64,000 bases of DNA from Chrysomallon squamiferum (GCA_012295275.1 CM022672.1:17112001-17176000); one strand, 5' to 3'; counted from the stretch's first letter, positions 1-13,623 are shown. Notes: generated by a model not told the origin, from the letters alone. Translations and numbers: made by a program.

Positions 1-222
1 CAATCGTCCCTGAAGCTTCGTTCATACCAACTGCAAACGTAACATTTTCGATGGAACTTGACTGGAAATCTTCTGTATCAGTTGCAGTACCTGATGTAGC
101 AGTTAACTGAACTGTTACTGCTGGAGAATTAGATGCTGTGTTTGATCTCACCAGTGTGAATGTTGCAGAGCCAGCACTCTCAGGTACAGATATTGTTACA
201 GATTTAAATTTAATGAGTGGCA
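1..222 (-). CDS. Gene A exon 4: Calx-beta repeat N-half (C9-type), truncated by window
   Basis: ttttccag|TG CCA CTC ATT AAA; PLIKFKSVTISVPESAGSATFTLVR; 2 differences in 222 nt versus gene C 47325-47546. Confidence 0.9.
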
Positions 223-2231
223 CTGGAAAAGATGGAATGTGATAAAAGGTAAAAACCAAGCTTGTCAACATCTCTAACTGAAAACAACAGCTCTGTACAA
301 ACATTTAATGAGTGGTAAATATCAGGAAAAAATAAATATAAAATTACATAAAATTAACACTAATTTATTAATAACACATAGAGCGTAGTTAAACAAATAA
401 AACCATCAGTAGGTCAGTATTAACAATGTAGGTTAAGACATAGTTAATATCCTCAGAACGTGAAATTAACATAAAATAACACAGAAACGAATAAACTAAA
501 TAGAATGACTATTTTATGTGCACCTGTCAAAATCATTAAACTGACATAGAGTAATATAGAAAACAGCAAACTGAGTACAATTTTTATATGAAACTGTCCT
601 AACCATACAATTTAAGGTAATTAATATAAGGTAATTAAGAAATCAGTAAACTGGCCTAATCATGAAATTAGCATAAAGTAAGACAGAAAACTGAATAGGA
701 ATCAGTGTTTTTCTTTTTTTTTAATAAAGCGATTACTGACATGAGTATTTGTAGAGAAAACAAATGACACCAGTGACTAGTAGTTATATGTAATACAACA
801 CTGCTGATTTAATTAAATTTATAACTTATAAATCTTTACAGCTGATCTAAACATTAGGACTGAAAACAAAATCTAAACTTGATATACAAGCGTTCACATA
901 ACTCACGGTCATTGTCGTGTATGGTAACAAAAGTCTTTTCTGGCCCGCTGAAATACCAACCAGTACGTATAATTTCAACTTCAAACTCTTCATCAGGTTC
1001 TTGTATCTATGGATTTAAAATTTATTAATAATATGTATTACTTTGAGTAAACATGGAAATCTATATTTATCTCAAATTTCCTTTTTAAGTTCTTGGACAT
1101 GAGGACAAAAAAAAAAAAATTAAAAATTAAAAATTAAAAAAAAAAATTATGAAACGTTTCCTATAAAATTAAGAATAAAATTAAAACCTTTTGCTGTAAC
1201 ATATTTCTAAAGCACAGTTTTAGTTATTACACGTCACTTTTGCTAATGTCAGTAACTTATTTATCAGTTCGTGCAACAATACAAAAAAGTACGCATACCA
1301 CGTCATCTACTATAATGACTTCAAATGAAGCTTCAGTCTGAGAGTCAACAAAATTGACAGAAACCGGTAGCTTAGGAATTCTGTAATCACTTGAAGATGC
1401 TGTTTTACCGGTAACTTTTAATTTCACTTCCGTGGAACCAGGAAATTGGTTATTAAGTGGTTGACGTGTCAGTGTTACTGAGACATTACCTCCAGCTTCG
1501 TCAACATCGAAACCCCTCGACGTCAAAAATACGGTAGGTCCTGAAAAAAAAAAAAAAAAATAATAATAATAATTAAAGCAAACAAAACAAAACAGGTGAG
1601 GTAAATTATTTCATAATTTTAAGTGGCCTTCATCTTCTCGAACTGAGTTAGCTCCCTTTTTCAAATGAAATACAGGTACTGAAATACGTTTTTAATAATA
1701 ATACAATGATAAAAAGAAACAAAAAAAAAAAAAAAAAAGGCAGGAAAAACATTTGATAAACATATATCTAAAGTTGTGTGGGATCCAAGTTAGAATACTT
1801 TTTTTTTATTAATAATTATATTTTTGAGGGTTTTCATTTTATAATCATCATTCATTTTAATTATTGCTCTTTTTGTTTCTTAACATAAAATATTTTTTGA
1901 TATAGGTGGCAATGTAGATCATTTTTTTTTTTTTTTCGCAAAAGTCACAGATTTGCCATCTCGTACCGTTTAGTATTAACTAAACTTAAATCGTTTTAAT
2001 TTGAAGGCAAATAATATATATTATATACACACACATATACATATACATATCAGTTTCTGAAATAAAAGAGACGTTTTGGATCTCAAAATATAGGAAATAT
2101 TAGTATTCATTTTAATATTTCCGACAATCGGTCTGTATTTCTAAGATCTTTTTCAAAATGATTTGTTAATATTAGAACATTTTCTTTTATAATATACATA
2201 TATATAAGGCAATGTTCTAACGCACGCACAC

Positions 2232-2305
<74 letters not shown>

Positions 2306-3812
2306 TCGGAAATTGCAAGATCAAATTAAAGTGTTATCTTTGCAGAAATAGTCGAAATATATTTAGCAGATTGCGAGATTATTGCTTTATTTGTATTTGT
2401 CGACAGTAAAATAGTTGTAACATCACTTATTGAAGAACCCATAATTGTATAGGTGTGTGAGAAAAATATTAATTAAAATAAAGCCATAAAGTGCTTTTTT
2501 GTTGTTGTGGAATCCATTTCGGAAAAATAAAATTGAAAGCATTTGTTATTGTCAATAATGGACAATCAAGGTTCGCGAAAATGGGTCACGTAACCCAGTT
2601 CAACATACCGATTTATTCTTTTGACTGAAAACGACAATTATTAGTAAACAAACATCAGCCTGAAAAAACAAATTGAATTAAACTTAGTCAAACTGAAACA
2701 AACTGAATAATCCCTCAATGTGTTCTTATAAAACTATGAAACCTAATATTAATGCGTATTTATGGTTCTGTAATCAGTTAGTCCTTTTTCTAATGGCGAG
2801 AATGGGGAGATTGAGTCTTTCAAATTTAAACATCGAGTTGATTCTCTGATTAAATTTCATCTAATACAATAATTAAAAAAAAACGTATCTTTAGAAACCA
2901 TTTCATTCGACAAATGATAGTGGTGTCGCCGTTAAATCTAGCTTTCATAGTTTTCTGCCGGCACGAGTGCGAGAATTACAAGGAATGTAAAAAAGGGAAA
3001 AAATAGGAAATTAAAATCATACTAAGTACGTTTATAAAAAAAACAAAAAAAAACAAAATGTTCCACCAGCGAAAGGAGACAGCGACATCTGTGGTCGACT
3101 TCCCAGCACCAGTGATCAATCATTTGTTTGTTTTTTTCCCTGTAGTAAAAGTAAGCCAATGACTTTAGGCTGAGATAAGGTGATTAAATGCAGTAATAGA
3201 CATTCAATAACAGTGATTCTAACAAAATAGATGTCCGATTTACGTCCAAATCGATTTAAAACCAACTGGAATGTCGTCGTAAGTTGATTTCTTTAAATCA
3301 TTTTAAGGTAATTTTCTGTTTATTTTAAAACGTAGGTTTTTCAATGAATGCAAATTAACGCGAAGTTCAATTACATATGCTTAGTGATAAACATGATTGC
3401 GTACTGAAATAAAAGAGAACTCCTAGAAAAATGCAATATTTGTGAAAGGTAGATCTTTTATATTTTTTATATATTTAATTAGTGCATTTGTAAAGTCTGT
3501 ACAAAACGACAAGTCGTATGAATAAACCAAAAAATTTCATAATTATTTTCTTATTTTTGCATCTTGAAACAAAATTCATCTACAGTTATTCATAATCATC
3601 TTTAATTAATGGATTTTGGAAGGAAAATTTTTAAACGTAACGATTATGTTCTTCTAAAACACTTACTGAAGATTCTAGAAAGGAAAACAAACGAAATTTT
3701 CTTTTTTTGTATGGTTACGTAAACGAAAACGAACATTAATCACACACACACACACACATCAAATACCCTCAAGGCTTATATATTATAAAACTGAAAACAG
3801 TTTGATAATAAT

Positions 3813-3904
<92 letters not shown>

Positions 3905-4292
3905 ATTAGAAAACCAATATAAGGTGAATTGTTTTAACCATTTGTGGTTAATCGAGTTATGCATATACAAAATTGCAATCCTTTTTTCAAAATTATATCC
4001 ACCGCTCCTCTCTCTTTTCTGACACCTTTGTATGCTGTCCTGCAATGTGTATTCAGTTATTAAGTTTGAACTTAAATAGCTACTGAAAATAATATTATTT
4101 ATTTTTCAAAGTGTTCCTGTCCTAGACGACAAATATCGAAATTGAATGTATACTGAAGGTATAACTGAGAAAATAAATCAGTGTTAATTTGTAAACTAGA
4201 TTTCAAGTGATAATAAATATCTTACTCTGTGTGAGGCAGACTCTAGATGTAAGACACACAAGAAAGAGGAATCCCAACCACCGGACGTCCAT
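1..4292 (-). CDS. Gene A (partial, runs off left edge): signal peptide + Calx-beta repeat protein, paralog of genes B and C; exons 4226-4292, 1299-1540, 907-1006, <1-222
   Basis: Canonical AG/GT boundaries with consistent phases (1,0,1). Signal exon MDVRWLGFLFLVCLTSRVCLTQ is homologous to the first coding exons of B and C. The EGF/ZP/TM part is presumed to lie outside the window. Confidence 0.85.
907..1006 (-). CDS. Gene A exon 3: Calx-beta repeat 1 C-half
   Basis: catag|ATA CAA GAA CCT...GAC C|GTGAGT; IQEPDEEFEVEIIRTGWYFSGPEKTFVTIHDND; 100 nt, phase 0->1. Confidence 0.88.
1299..1540 (-). CDS. Gene A exon 2: Calx-beta repeat 1 N-half (C3-type, hypervariable)
   Basis: tttcag|GA CCT...GAC GTG|GTATGC; VDEAGGNVSVTLTR...TASSSDY...IIVDD; 242 nt, phase 1->0. 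Confidence 0.9.
2234..2300. repeat. (AG)n microsatellite
   Basis: Direct reading. Confidence 0.95.
3806..3905. repeat. (AAT)n/(AAAT)n microsatellite
   Basis: Direct reading. Confidence 0.95.
4226..4292 (-). CDS. Gene A first coding exon: signal peptide
   Basis: tattctag|cctcatcATG GAC GTC CGG TGG...CAG A|GTAAG; hydrophobic 22 aa. Confidence 0.85.
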
Positions 4293-4718
4293 GATGAGGC
4301 TAGAATATAAGAAAAAATATACAAGTTACGAATTACGACAGGTTAAGAATATAAATGAAATACATGAGTGAAAAATATACTAAGTACAAATTAAATTACG
4401 GCTAATATATAATTAAAATTGGGTTAATACTTTACCACAGTAAAGAAGTTTCAGGTAAATACTCTACCTGGATATTTTCAAACACTATGCATGGCACATG
4501 CCCTGTCATGAGGTCAGTCAGTATGTCTGCAGGGGGTCCTTGGCTATTGATTCATTTTAGTCAGCTATTCCGAAAAATAAAGGGGTTTATGGATATTCAT
4601 GTAGCTATAAATAATCATATATCCTGAAAAGTTTCACTTGTACATAGTTGTATAAATAAATGGAAAAATATTAACGATGAAGACGTTATATATATAATGT
4701 TATCATTTGTGGTGTTTC

Positions 4719-4720
<2 letters not shown>

Positions 4721-4770
<50 letters not shown>

Positions 4771-4786
4771 GTTGTTGTTGTTGTTG
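4721..4786. repeat. (TTA)n(TTG)n microsatellite
   Basis: Direct reading. Confidence 0.95.
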
Positions 4787-7379
4787 TCTGGGCATAAATA
4801 CAGATTATTGTAATGTCTAATAATCCCATTTAATGTCGATTTAATGCCGGAAAATACAGCTAATTATGTGGTTAGTTGTAAATAGCTGGAGGGTGGGGCA
4901 ATGGCCATAGGGAATTAACTCTATTTGACTGGCCTATACAATAAATATAAATGTCATATTCATAATACTGCTCTGTAGTTTTTTTTCTTCTCTATTTTGC
5001 AAGCTTTAAAAGCAACAGAATCCTGTTAACCAGAGCATGAACAGCCAGATCGACAAGATGCCACCATCACTGGCATCACGAGCAAAGACAGCCGGTTGAA
5101 ATAAAAATGTTTCCTATAATTCATCAGTTTAACGGGGGCAGGCGAATTATAGTTAAATAAATTTAATCAAACGTGACAAAAGATGGAACAATAAAAATGA
5201 GGTTAATTTAAATTTAGAGAATACGATTATTATTTTGTTATGTCGTATAATGCATAATACATTAAGATACCGTATACATAAAATAATAGATCGTTTTTCA
5301 GTGACAACTGGTTTTAACTTTAATATTCTATATCCATGTATCATCATAAGGCTATGTGAAAAGAAGGATACTGGTGACGTTCACAAAGCAAGTGTTCATC
5401 GCAACCAAGAGATAAGAATATTTAAAATTAGACACCTTTTTTTCTTGTTTTTTGGAAAGCAAAAGCAGGTAAAGCATTTACGTTTATTTACATCAATGCT
5501 GAAGGAAAAAATACAAAGTTTCTTGATTACGTTTCTGTGTAATTGTAATAGAATACACAAAATCAGTGTTGTGTGTTGTTAACATATTTATAGGAACAAC
5601 ATGTATCAAATATTGTAAGCTTATGAACAGAGCATCAAAAAGCTTTTCGCTAATACTCAGACTGACTATTTACGTGATAAATTGTGCCATACAAATTATT
5701 TTTAACAAACACAATTATCTTATAACGCAAATTACAAAAAGAGCGCTCGAGAGGTACCAATATAAATATAGTCAAATTGATATTACTTCTTCATCTTTGC
5801 AATGCTACCATCCGATTTCCTAAAGAGGACATCCCAAGGTTTGAAAAATACAGGTTTGCTAAAACGGCGGAGAGGTATGTCGCCCATGGCGTCCAAAGAT
5901 AAACAACTGTCTGTCGTGAGGTATTCGTAATTGAATCAGATGACAAATAAGCCGAAATATTCACAAAAATAATATTAACTGCAGCTTTAAGGAGCGTGTT
6001 TTGCAACAGATATTTATCCAAAAGATCAGTTTCATGTTAGCCTCGTTCGTAAAAGAAAAAGAAAAACTATTTATTGAAATGTCCAGTTAATGTTATATGT
6101 GTTCAAATGCATGATTCGCTAATGCTAAGAAGAAATTGGTCCGAAGTATTTTCAAGTTAAATTGGTAGAAAGCCTTTTGGACACATCTGATGAAAAATAG
6201 AGACAAAAAGACAGTTCTTTCAAATATTATTCATGTGTTTATTCATGTCCATTATCAAAACGGTTGTATAATAATACATAGAACCACTTGTTTGCAAAAC
6301 AATAAATTGTTTATATTGTGTGAAATATTGGTTGTTACTGTCTCATAGTAAACATGAGTTGGTCTTATTGAAACTTTTGACATTTTTCTAAATCCGCTAA
6401 AAATATATCTACTTTATTTCTTAATATGATTTCAGTATTCATTTGAGACGTCTAAAGAAATCAGTATATAGATTCACATATGCTATGTCTAAATTGGTAA
6501 GTACATGTGTGACAATAATTGTTTTCCATTCATACGTATTTTAAATGTTTTTTTTCTTTCAAATTTGATAAAAGATTCGTTGTTTATAGCAGTCTAAAAA
6601 AGTAAAAATCAAGACAGCGATGAACCGAATATGAGTCTACGAGCGCTCAAGGACTACTTCACTGGAAAGAGTAGGCTTTATTTATTTATATTTTTATATA
6701 CTTATAAACCTACTTAATTATTAATGAAGGCGGTGTGCATGTTAATTTAGTGACAGTTGTAGTAATACGACGAAGAACAGTCAGCAGAGGGAAAATGTCA
6801 CTGCACGTGAAGTGACCCGTCGAATGATTCATCACCTCCTTCTCCAAAGATCTGAGAACCTCAGACCTAGTCTACGCACTACCTGCTCGTTTAATTCTCT
6901 GCTGTGTATTTTCATTTAGTATAAAGTTTCATAGCCGGTTTGATTATAACTGCTACGTAACTTGTAATTTCATTCTCCTGTTTATTCTTTTCCTAATAAT
7001 GATCATAAAACTTTAATATATATATTAATATGAGTTTATATTAATTTATACCGGCAATGAAATAAAATAAAATTGTTTAGTATTTACACAATGCAAGCAT
7101 CTAAAGTGTTAAATTAAACTTTTAGCCACATTTGAAAACAGTAATAAATACTAGGCGTAGAAAACCTGGATCCAACGTTGCGAGTTTTCGGCTGTAAATA
7201 TGTTTGTTTAAAGGATCGTTTGATCAAAGCTTTATCGCAGGCGGGGTTCATCACATAAACCTATTCTTTCTAGATTAGTTTATCTTATTTTTGGTGCTGT
7301 CGTTGTCGTTTTGTTGTTTTTATTGCTTTTTTGTGAGTTTTTTTTTTATATGTTTTTTCATCCGTGATTCATCAAATGT

Positions 7380-7531
7380 TGCATCCGTGAATTAGCGAGA
7401 TATTTCAGTAGAAAGTCGAGAGAAACACGACTTAAATAATAGTCAGTTAGAGAGAACGAGAGAAAGATAGATGAACGAAAAGGAACATAGTTTCTATACT
7501 TATTTGTATTGTTGTTTTAACGAATACGAAT

Positions 7532-7612
<81 letters not shown>

Positions 7613-10600
7613 AAAACAATTATAAAAAGTGTCAAACTTTCCGGTGAAAACAAGAAATTTAATACTAATTTCAAATTTTCAAAACAAGAAACACTTACCT
7701 GTATAACTTCAAACTGTTTTCTTTTTTCTAAGTGATCTTTAGAAAGGAAATGCAGATCTGATCCTGTGAAAACTAGTAACTTTCTGCACAATATTCTTTA
7801 CAAAACACTATCTATATATAGTGTTTTGAAACACACACACACACACACACACAAGGTGTTCACGCTTTCAAGATTTTAAATAAAAGCCCACAGTTCAGGT
7901 TAGTCATGTTCTTTCCCAAAGCAAGTATTCATCGCAAAATTAGACACTTTTTTCTTTTTCTTTCTTTTTTGAAAATTAAAAGCAGGTAAATTATTTACGT
8001 TTATTTATACCAATCATCAGACAATATGTTCCCATCGTTCAGGTTTATCATGTTCTTTCACAAAGAAATATTTATGTTACTTATAAGGTGTCTAAAATAA
8101 ATGGAATTAATGTTTAAAAAAAATCATTATGGACATAACAAACTATGCTGGTATATTCAGTCTTGTGTTTTCACAGTTACTGGAGCATATAAAGTAACTG
8201 AAAATAAAAATAAAACAGGTTTTCGGGGTGGGGTTATGAACATGGTAGTTGCATCTAATTTTATATTTAAGCAGGACAATAAACAAACTGTGATAATATT
8301 TGGGTGTCTTTTGCTTTTGACATTTTGTATAAAATATTTCCAAATTTTTATTATTATTATTTGTCATAGATAATTTTTTAAATATTACATGAAGGATGTT
8401 TTCGTTTGGGAAAGCTATGGATGCAACAAATCCATTTGAAGCATATAATGTAGGAGCCACTATTCTGTTTCTTTTTTCTTTTCTTCTTGTTTTGTTCTCC
8501 ACTTGTTTTTTGTCTTAACTGCTGTAAACTCGATGTATGAATTATACTAGAGAACAGGTTAGATCAAGAATATTTATTAAATATAACACAGATGGGTTCC
8601 AAAGTTATTGTATAATACTTCGCATATGTAATTCACTGAATAATTAATAGAATGAAATATTTCTTCAAAAATGTGTTATTATCATATAAACGGGTAATTA
8701 TGTTTCAAAACGTTGATTTGATTGTAATGTAAAATTAGAAGGGAAACATTTCTGCCCTCACTGCAAGGTTGTTCTTATCTCATGAATATTTTGTAGACGC
8801 TTTGTGACAGTCAGAAAAGTCAGTCTGACTTCCCTTAAAAATGTCGAGAAGCACTGTGTTCAGGTTATCTGTCATACACCAGTGGCGTTTTCTATCCTAT
8901 AACTCGTTTGTTCTTTATAATCTCAGACAAAAATAACAACGAAAACCAGTACATCCCACAGAAAGGTACATTTATAATACTGTAAAGATTACGACACAAT
9001 TCAGAACTGTACTACTGAGTACAACATAATATACTGCCATACAAGAAAAAAAGCAAAATAAAAAAATAAATAAAAATAATAATAAACAAAATAAAAATAT
9101 GTACAGTGGTCTTCTGACCTGCACAAAATCCATAGAACAAAGCTCATTAAAATGCAATATCGTCCAATAAAAAATAAAAACAATACTGGTTTAAATTTCA
9201 TGTATACACGTACTTAACTATATATTATAAAAGAGAAAAATCAAATTTAAGTATAAATATAAAGTGTATTCCTGATCGGCATATGATCTTATGTATATTG
9301 ATATGCATATTGAGAAACTCCATAGCAAGATGGGGGGGTTTTGTTTTTTTGTTGTTGTTGTTCGTTTGTTTTTTTGCACTATAACATTGTGGCTGTATAC
9401 ATATATATTACTTAAAATACAAATTTTTCCTTGTACACCACTCAAAATAAGTTTATGACATTATTTTACTCGGTCGATATAATATGTTTTTACCTGCATT
9501 GTTCAAGTTAAGATATGTATGATAATTATTTGTTATGTTTATGAAGTTTTGAAAATCCAAAAAAAGGAAGGAAAGAAGAAAATTAATGCTTTGTTGCGAT
9601 TTTTTGTGTTATTTTTGTTTTGTTTTGTTTTATTTTGTTTCGTTTTTTATTTTTTGGCTTTAGAAACCAACGGCAAATTTCTCTTTTTGAAGAGTATACA
9701 ATGATCCCTCGGGTATTTGTGATTATAAAGCACGAGGCCAACACGTGTTTTATCCTAATCGTTTGTGACTGCATCGTGATATGAGAATAATGGGGTTTTT
9801 TACCTAGTAATGCGAAAATTTGAAAGGTTTATTCTTCAAATAAAACTCGCTTGCTGAGAGATGCATAAAAAAGGAAGACCAGATAATAATAACAATTATG
9901 ATACATGAAGGACAAATGAGTGCAAAGATAGATGGCCCGAGTAAAGGCACATTTTGACAAATATGTGACTTGTGGTTCGTTACTTGGGTCTTTACTTGAA
10001 ACTTTTCTCCTTCAGTGATTTTTCTGAATATTTCATCCTCTCTTTTTCTTATTATCTTTTTCTTACCTTTTTTTTCTTCTTTTTTTTTTTTTTGTTATCG
10101 ATACATTGGTCATATTTTGATTTTCAAAAGCATATATTCTACATACATAAATATATACATATAGGCACACATACACACACATACATACTTAAATATATAT
10201 GTATCATAGATTGAAAGTTCCATGCATACATACATCTACAATATATACTTATTTACATTAAATTGTTACCTGGAAACTCTTATATATTATTTTCTGAAAA
10301 TGATAAATTTTCACGTTTGTAAAGTTATATGATAGTTGAGAACTAAAGTCAAATACATTTCACCATCACAAATTGCTGTCAGTGAAATGAACACTATTTC
10401 ATGAATGCTGTTTTAAAATTAAGTATTTGACACCGAATAATTGTTAATAATAAAATAAAATCAATTAGCATTAAACGAATACTTACGGGTAACTTCACAA
10501 AAGACAGACATAGGTTTTCATATAAAATGATATTCTAAAGTTTACTTGCAAAATGGTTACTGTGGTTCACAGATTTCTTATGCTTTTACACTTAAAATTT

Positions 10601-11057
10601 ACTTTGTTGGATAAATCATATCAGTTTTCATAATCTTTCATTTTATTTATTACAGTAATAGACAAATGTATTTAAAATATCTCCAGGTTTTCTGAATAAA
10701 CTATCAATATAATTAAATAAAAATATTTTGATCATTTAATAAAAATACCTTAATAAGCTTTCGCTGATATTATATATAAAATGAGACGTCTGGATCGACA
10801 CTTATCGCAGTTTCAAATGTCTCATTTGCCATGTATAAAAATATAATAAAAGTAAAATACATTATTTTCATTACAGTAAGAATGCATACATTTTTATCTA
10901 TATTACATATTTGTGCCATGCATAATAGTAACATTTATTTTCTCTGTAATTATTATAGACAATTTTAAATCAGCGGATTTTCCTATATAATGTCAGTAAA
11001 ACCACCTCATAAAAAATATAGATCATATTTGTAGCTGTTTTTTTGTCCAACAGAAAC
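7380..11057. repeat. Segmental-duplication flank downstream of gene B, homologous to about 26150-32180 downstream of gene C
   Basis: Shared colinear blocks, e.g. aaaataaaacaggttt, cgggtaattatgtttcaaaacgttgatttg and the near-identical 9314-10950 versus 30410-32080; ends approximate. Confidence 0.85.
7537..7611. repeat. (TC)n microsatellite
   Basis: Direct reading. Confidence 0.95.
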
Positions 11058-11995
11058 TTGTTTGACAGGTGGTGCGTCCATCAGCACGTGACACTAAAAT
11101 ATTTTAAAGTATTTTACAGTTTGCTGAATTCAGCCGTAGATGAAATGAATCCTACGCTATTTTTCGCTTCAGAAAGTGCCCTCATTTTCTTTTATTCAGT
11201 AATGTGCTGTTTTCTTTTCTGAATTTTAAAATATAATTCACAACTAATGGAAGAAAGACTAACACAGTACGTGGGAAAAGCTGGGTTTCATCCTATTTTC
11301 TGTCTTGCTCTTATAATAAAGAAGCTTGATACCGTGTTACTATAGATTTAAACTGTGCTGAATTCTTGATTAGACAAAACATTCATTTTCTTCTTTCCTT
11401 CATTTTTTCCGCTCTATACTAGTGATAAAAGTATTATCATTTAAAGCTCAAACTATTTTTGCATGTTTTCCTTTGATCGAATAATAAGTATTTTAGATAT
11501 TTTGGTTTTTCAACACTTCAGAAATGTAACAAATAATTATAACACATATCTTAAATTGAACAACGCAAGTAAACACATATTATATCGACCAAGCGAAATA
11601 ATGTCATAAACTTTATTTTGAGTCGTATACAAGGTAAAATTACTATTTGGAGGTGATATATATGTACACAGCCAAAACGTCTTAGTACATGAAGGTCAGC
11701 ATTAAAAAAAAAAGAAGTAAAAACCCACAATAAACACACATTATAATGTCAGAATGTCTCGATCTCTCTCCTCAGTATTTCAAAGCAAAAATACTGAGTT
11801 ATTTTTTATGCAGATGAATATAAATAAGATCACATGCCGGTCAGATATATTTATATTTAAATTAAATATATAAAATTATTTTGTTATAGTATGCAGTTAA
11901 CTACATGAATACATCAAATTGAAAACAGTATTTTTTTTTTTTTTATTGGACGATATCGCATTTTAATGAACTTTGTTATCTGGATTTCTGGAGTC
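11058..11995 (-). repeat. Inverted copy of the repeat segment at about 27670-28725 (partial copies at 9115-9600, 24390-24570, 30410-30750); possible non-autonomous mobile element
   Basis: Reverse-complement matches, e.g. gcgtccatcagcacgtgacactaaaatattttaaag, aagcttgatacc.tgttactatagattta and ttattggacgatatcg. Confidence 0.75.
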
Positions 11996-12024
11996 ATATT
12001 TTTTTTTTTTTTTTTTTTTTTTTA

Positions 12025-12885
12025 CAGGAAGAATAGATTTTATCTTTAAATGTGCTTTTAATAATAATTCAACATCAAAATAGTTTTGATTTAATTTAAA
12101 AATAAATAAAATATAGTTAGTATACCAAACAAGGAACAGCAGAGTTTATATATAAATGTGGCTTTAATAAAGACAACGACAAAATTGTGAAACCCGTAGT
12201 GATCTAATAATAAAGAAAATATTGTTAGTACCCCAAATAAGCAAGAAAATCTATTATACTTAAATGTGCTTTTAATAAAATCTACGACAAAATTCCCAAA
12301 TCCACAGTGATTTAATAATAAAGGAAATATTGTTAGTACACCAAACAAGGAAGAAAAGCAATTATACTTTAATGTGCTTTTAATACAATCCAATGACAAA
12401 TTTGTCAAACCCGCAGTGATTTAATAATTAAAAATATATATTGCTAGTTCACTAAAACATTTTTTATTAGAGTATAAGGAAGAAAACATATTATTCTTAA
12501 ATGTGCTTTTAATACAATCCAATGACAAATTTGTCACACCCGCAGTGATTTGATAATAAAGAAGATATTGTTAGTACAACAAACCAGGAAGAAAATATTT
12601 TACTCTTAAATGTGATTTAATAATAAAGAAAATAGTGTTAGTACACCAAGCAAGGAAGAAAACCTATTACTTTAATGTGCTTTTAATAAAATCCAACGAC
12701 AAAATTCCCAAACCCGCAGTGATTTAATAATAAAGAAAATCCTGTTAGTACACCAAGCAAGGAAGAAAAGCTATTACACTTTAATATGCTTTTAATAAAA
12801 TCAAGGACAAAATTCCCAAACCCGCAGTGCTTTAATAATTAAAATATATATATTCCTAGTTCACTAAAACATTTTTTTAATTAGA
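12025..12885. repeat. Minisatellite, about 107-110 bp unit, about 8 degenerate copies, just 3' of the gene B stop
   Basis: Recurring aatgtgcttttaata...gacaaaattcccaaacccgcagtgatttaataataaag...gttagtacacc at about 12051, 12157, 12264, 12373, 12502, 12611, 12676, 12786. Confidence 0.85.
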
Positions 12886-12967
12886 GAATGTTCTTGTGTA
12901 TAAATTGGGCCGATCATTTTCAAAGTACTATTCAGTGTTTTCTGTACTGCAACAATGAATAAATCAT

Positions 12968-13167
12968 TTACTGGTAAGCAACTTTTGTTGGGAGTCTGAT
13001 GTTGTCACCTTTACCCGTGTTCTTACGTCTGATCAGACAACAGGAAAGGATGATGCTGAGAACCACGAAAAGAAGCAGAAACACGCCCATCACACCCATG
13101 GCCGCCAGTATCCCAGAATTGAATTCATTTTCACACGACTGAGCTGACTCATGTTTAATCATAGAAC
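12968..13167 (-). pseudogene. Gene B last exon: transmembrane helix + short cytoplasmic tail
   Basis: GILAAMGVMGVFLLLFVVLSIILSCCLI followed by RRK stop-transfer; ends PTKVAYQ*. Confidence 0.88.
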
Positions 13168-13505
13168 CTGCGAAAATGTAAGTATGAGACAGACCATAAG
13201 GTGTTAATGATTATTTTAATTGAAAAAATGTAATATTGTTTCTCTTCTTATTTTAATGCTTATAAACCAAATGCTATATCATATTTATATCAAGACTACA
13301 TATATCATTAGATAAAGGTGAATAAGAGCTCATCTTAATGATTAGATATAAATAATATGAAATACATTCTAAATTTTAGATTTCTAAATGGAAATGTTTA
13401 TTCAAAGTGTGTTAGTGTTATCAAAACAATTTGAGTGCTTCCATTGTTGTTGGGTTCAGACTTAGCTCTAGAAGTGCAAATATTACATTACACAATACTA
13501 ATTAC

Positions 13506-13623
13506 CATCGCTGGCTACAACACGGTTACTGGCAGGATCGGATACTTTGAAAACAAAATCAACAGTCTTATCACCATAGTGATCAACAGATCGCTTCCTT
13601 CTGTTTGAAGAACAAGATGCAGG
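13506..13623 (-). pseudogene. Gene B ZP C-terminal exon with consensus furin site RRKR (13591-13602)
   Basis: PASCSSNRRKRSVDHYGDKTVDFVFKVSDPASNRVVASD; 118 nt. Confidence 0.88.

Noticed and set aside
3776-4045. 89 aa ORF with poly-Leu/FIYL
   Set aside because: Translation of the (AAT)n/(AAAT)n microsatellite in gene A intron 1
5153-6021. Cluster of short ORFs upstream of gene A
   Set aside because: AT-rich, no recognisable motifs or consistent splice chain; part of it is a short duplicate of 7910-8010
7534-7791. ORF ending in ER repeats (also the RE/LS ORFs at 56556-56948)
   Set aside because: Dinucleotide microsatellite read-through with no splice or domain support
12091-12408. 105 aa repetitive hydrophobic ORF
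   Set aside because: Chance translation of the 110-bp minisatellite; unit lengths vary and the frame is not maintained
12025-12885. Possible CRISPR-like repeat/spacer array
   Set aside because: Whole units are homologous with no unique spacers, the context is eukaryotic and there are no cas genes
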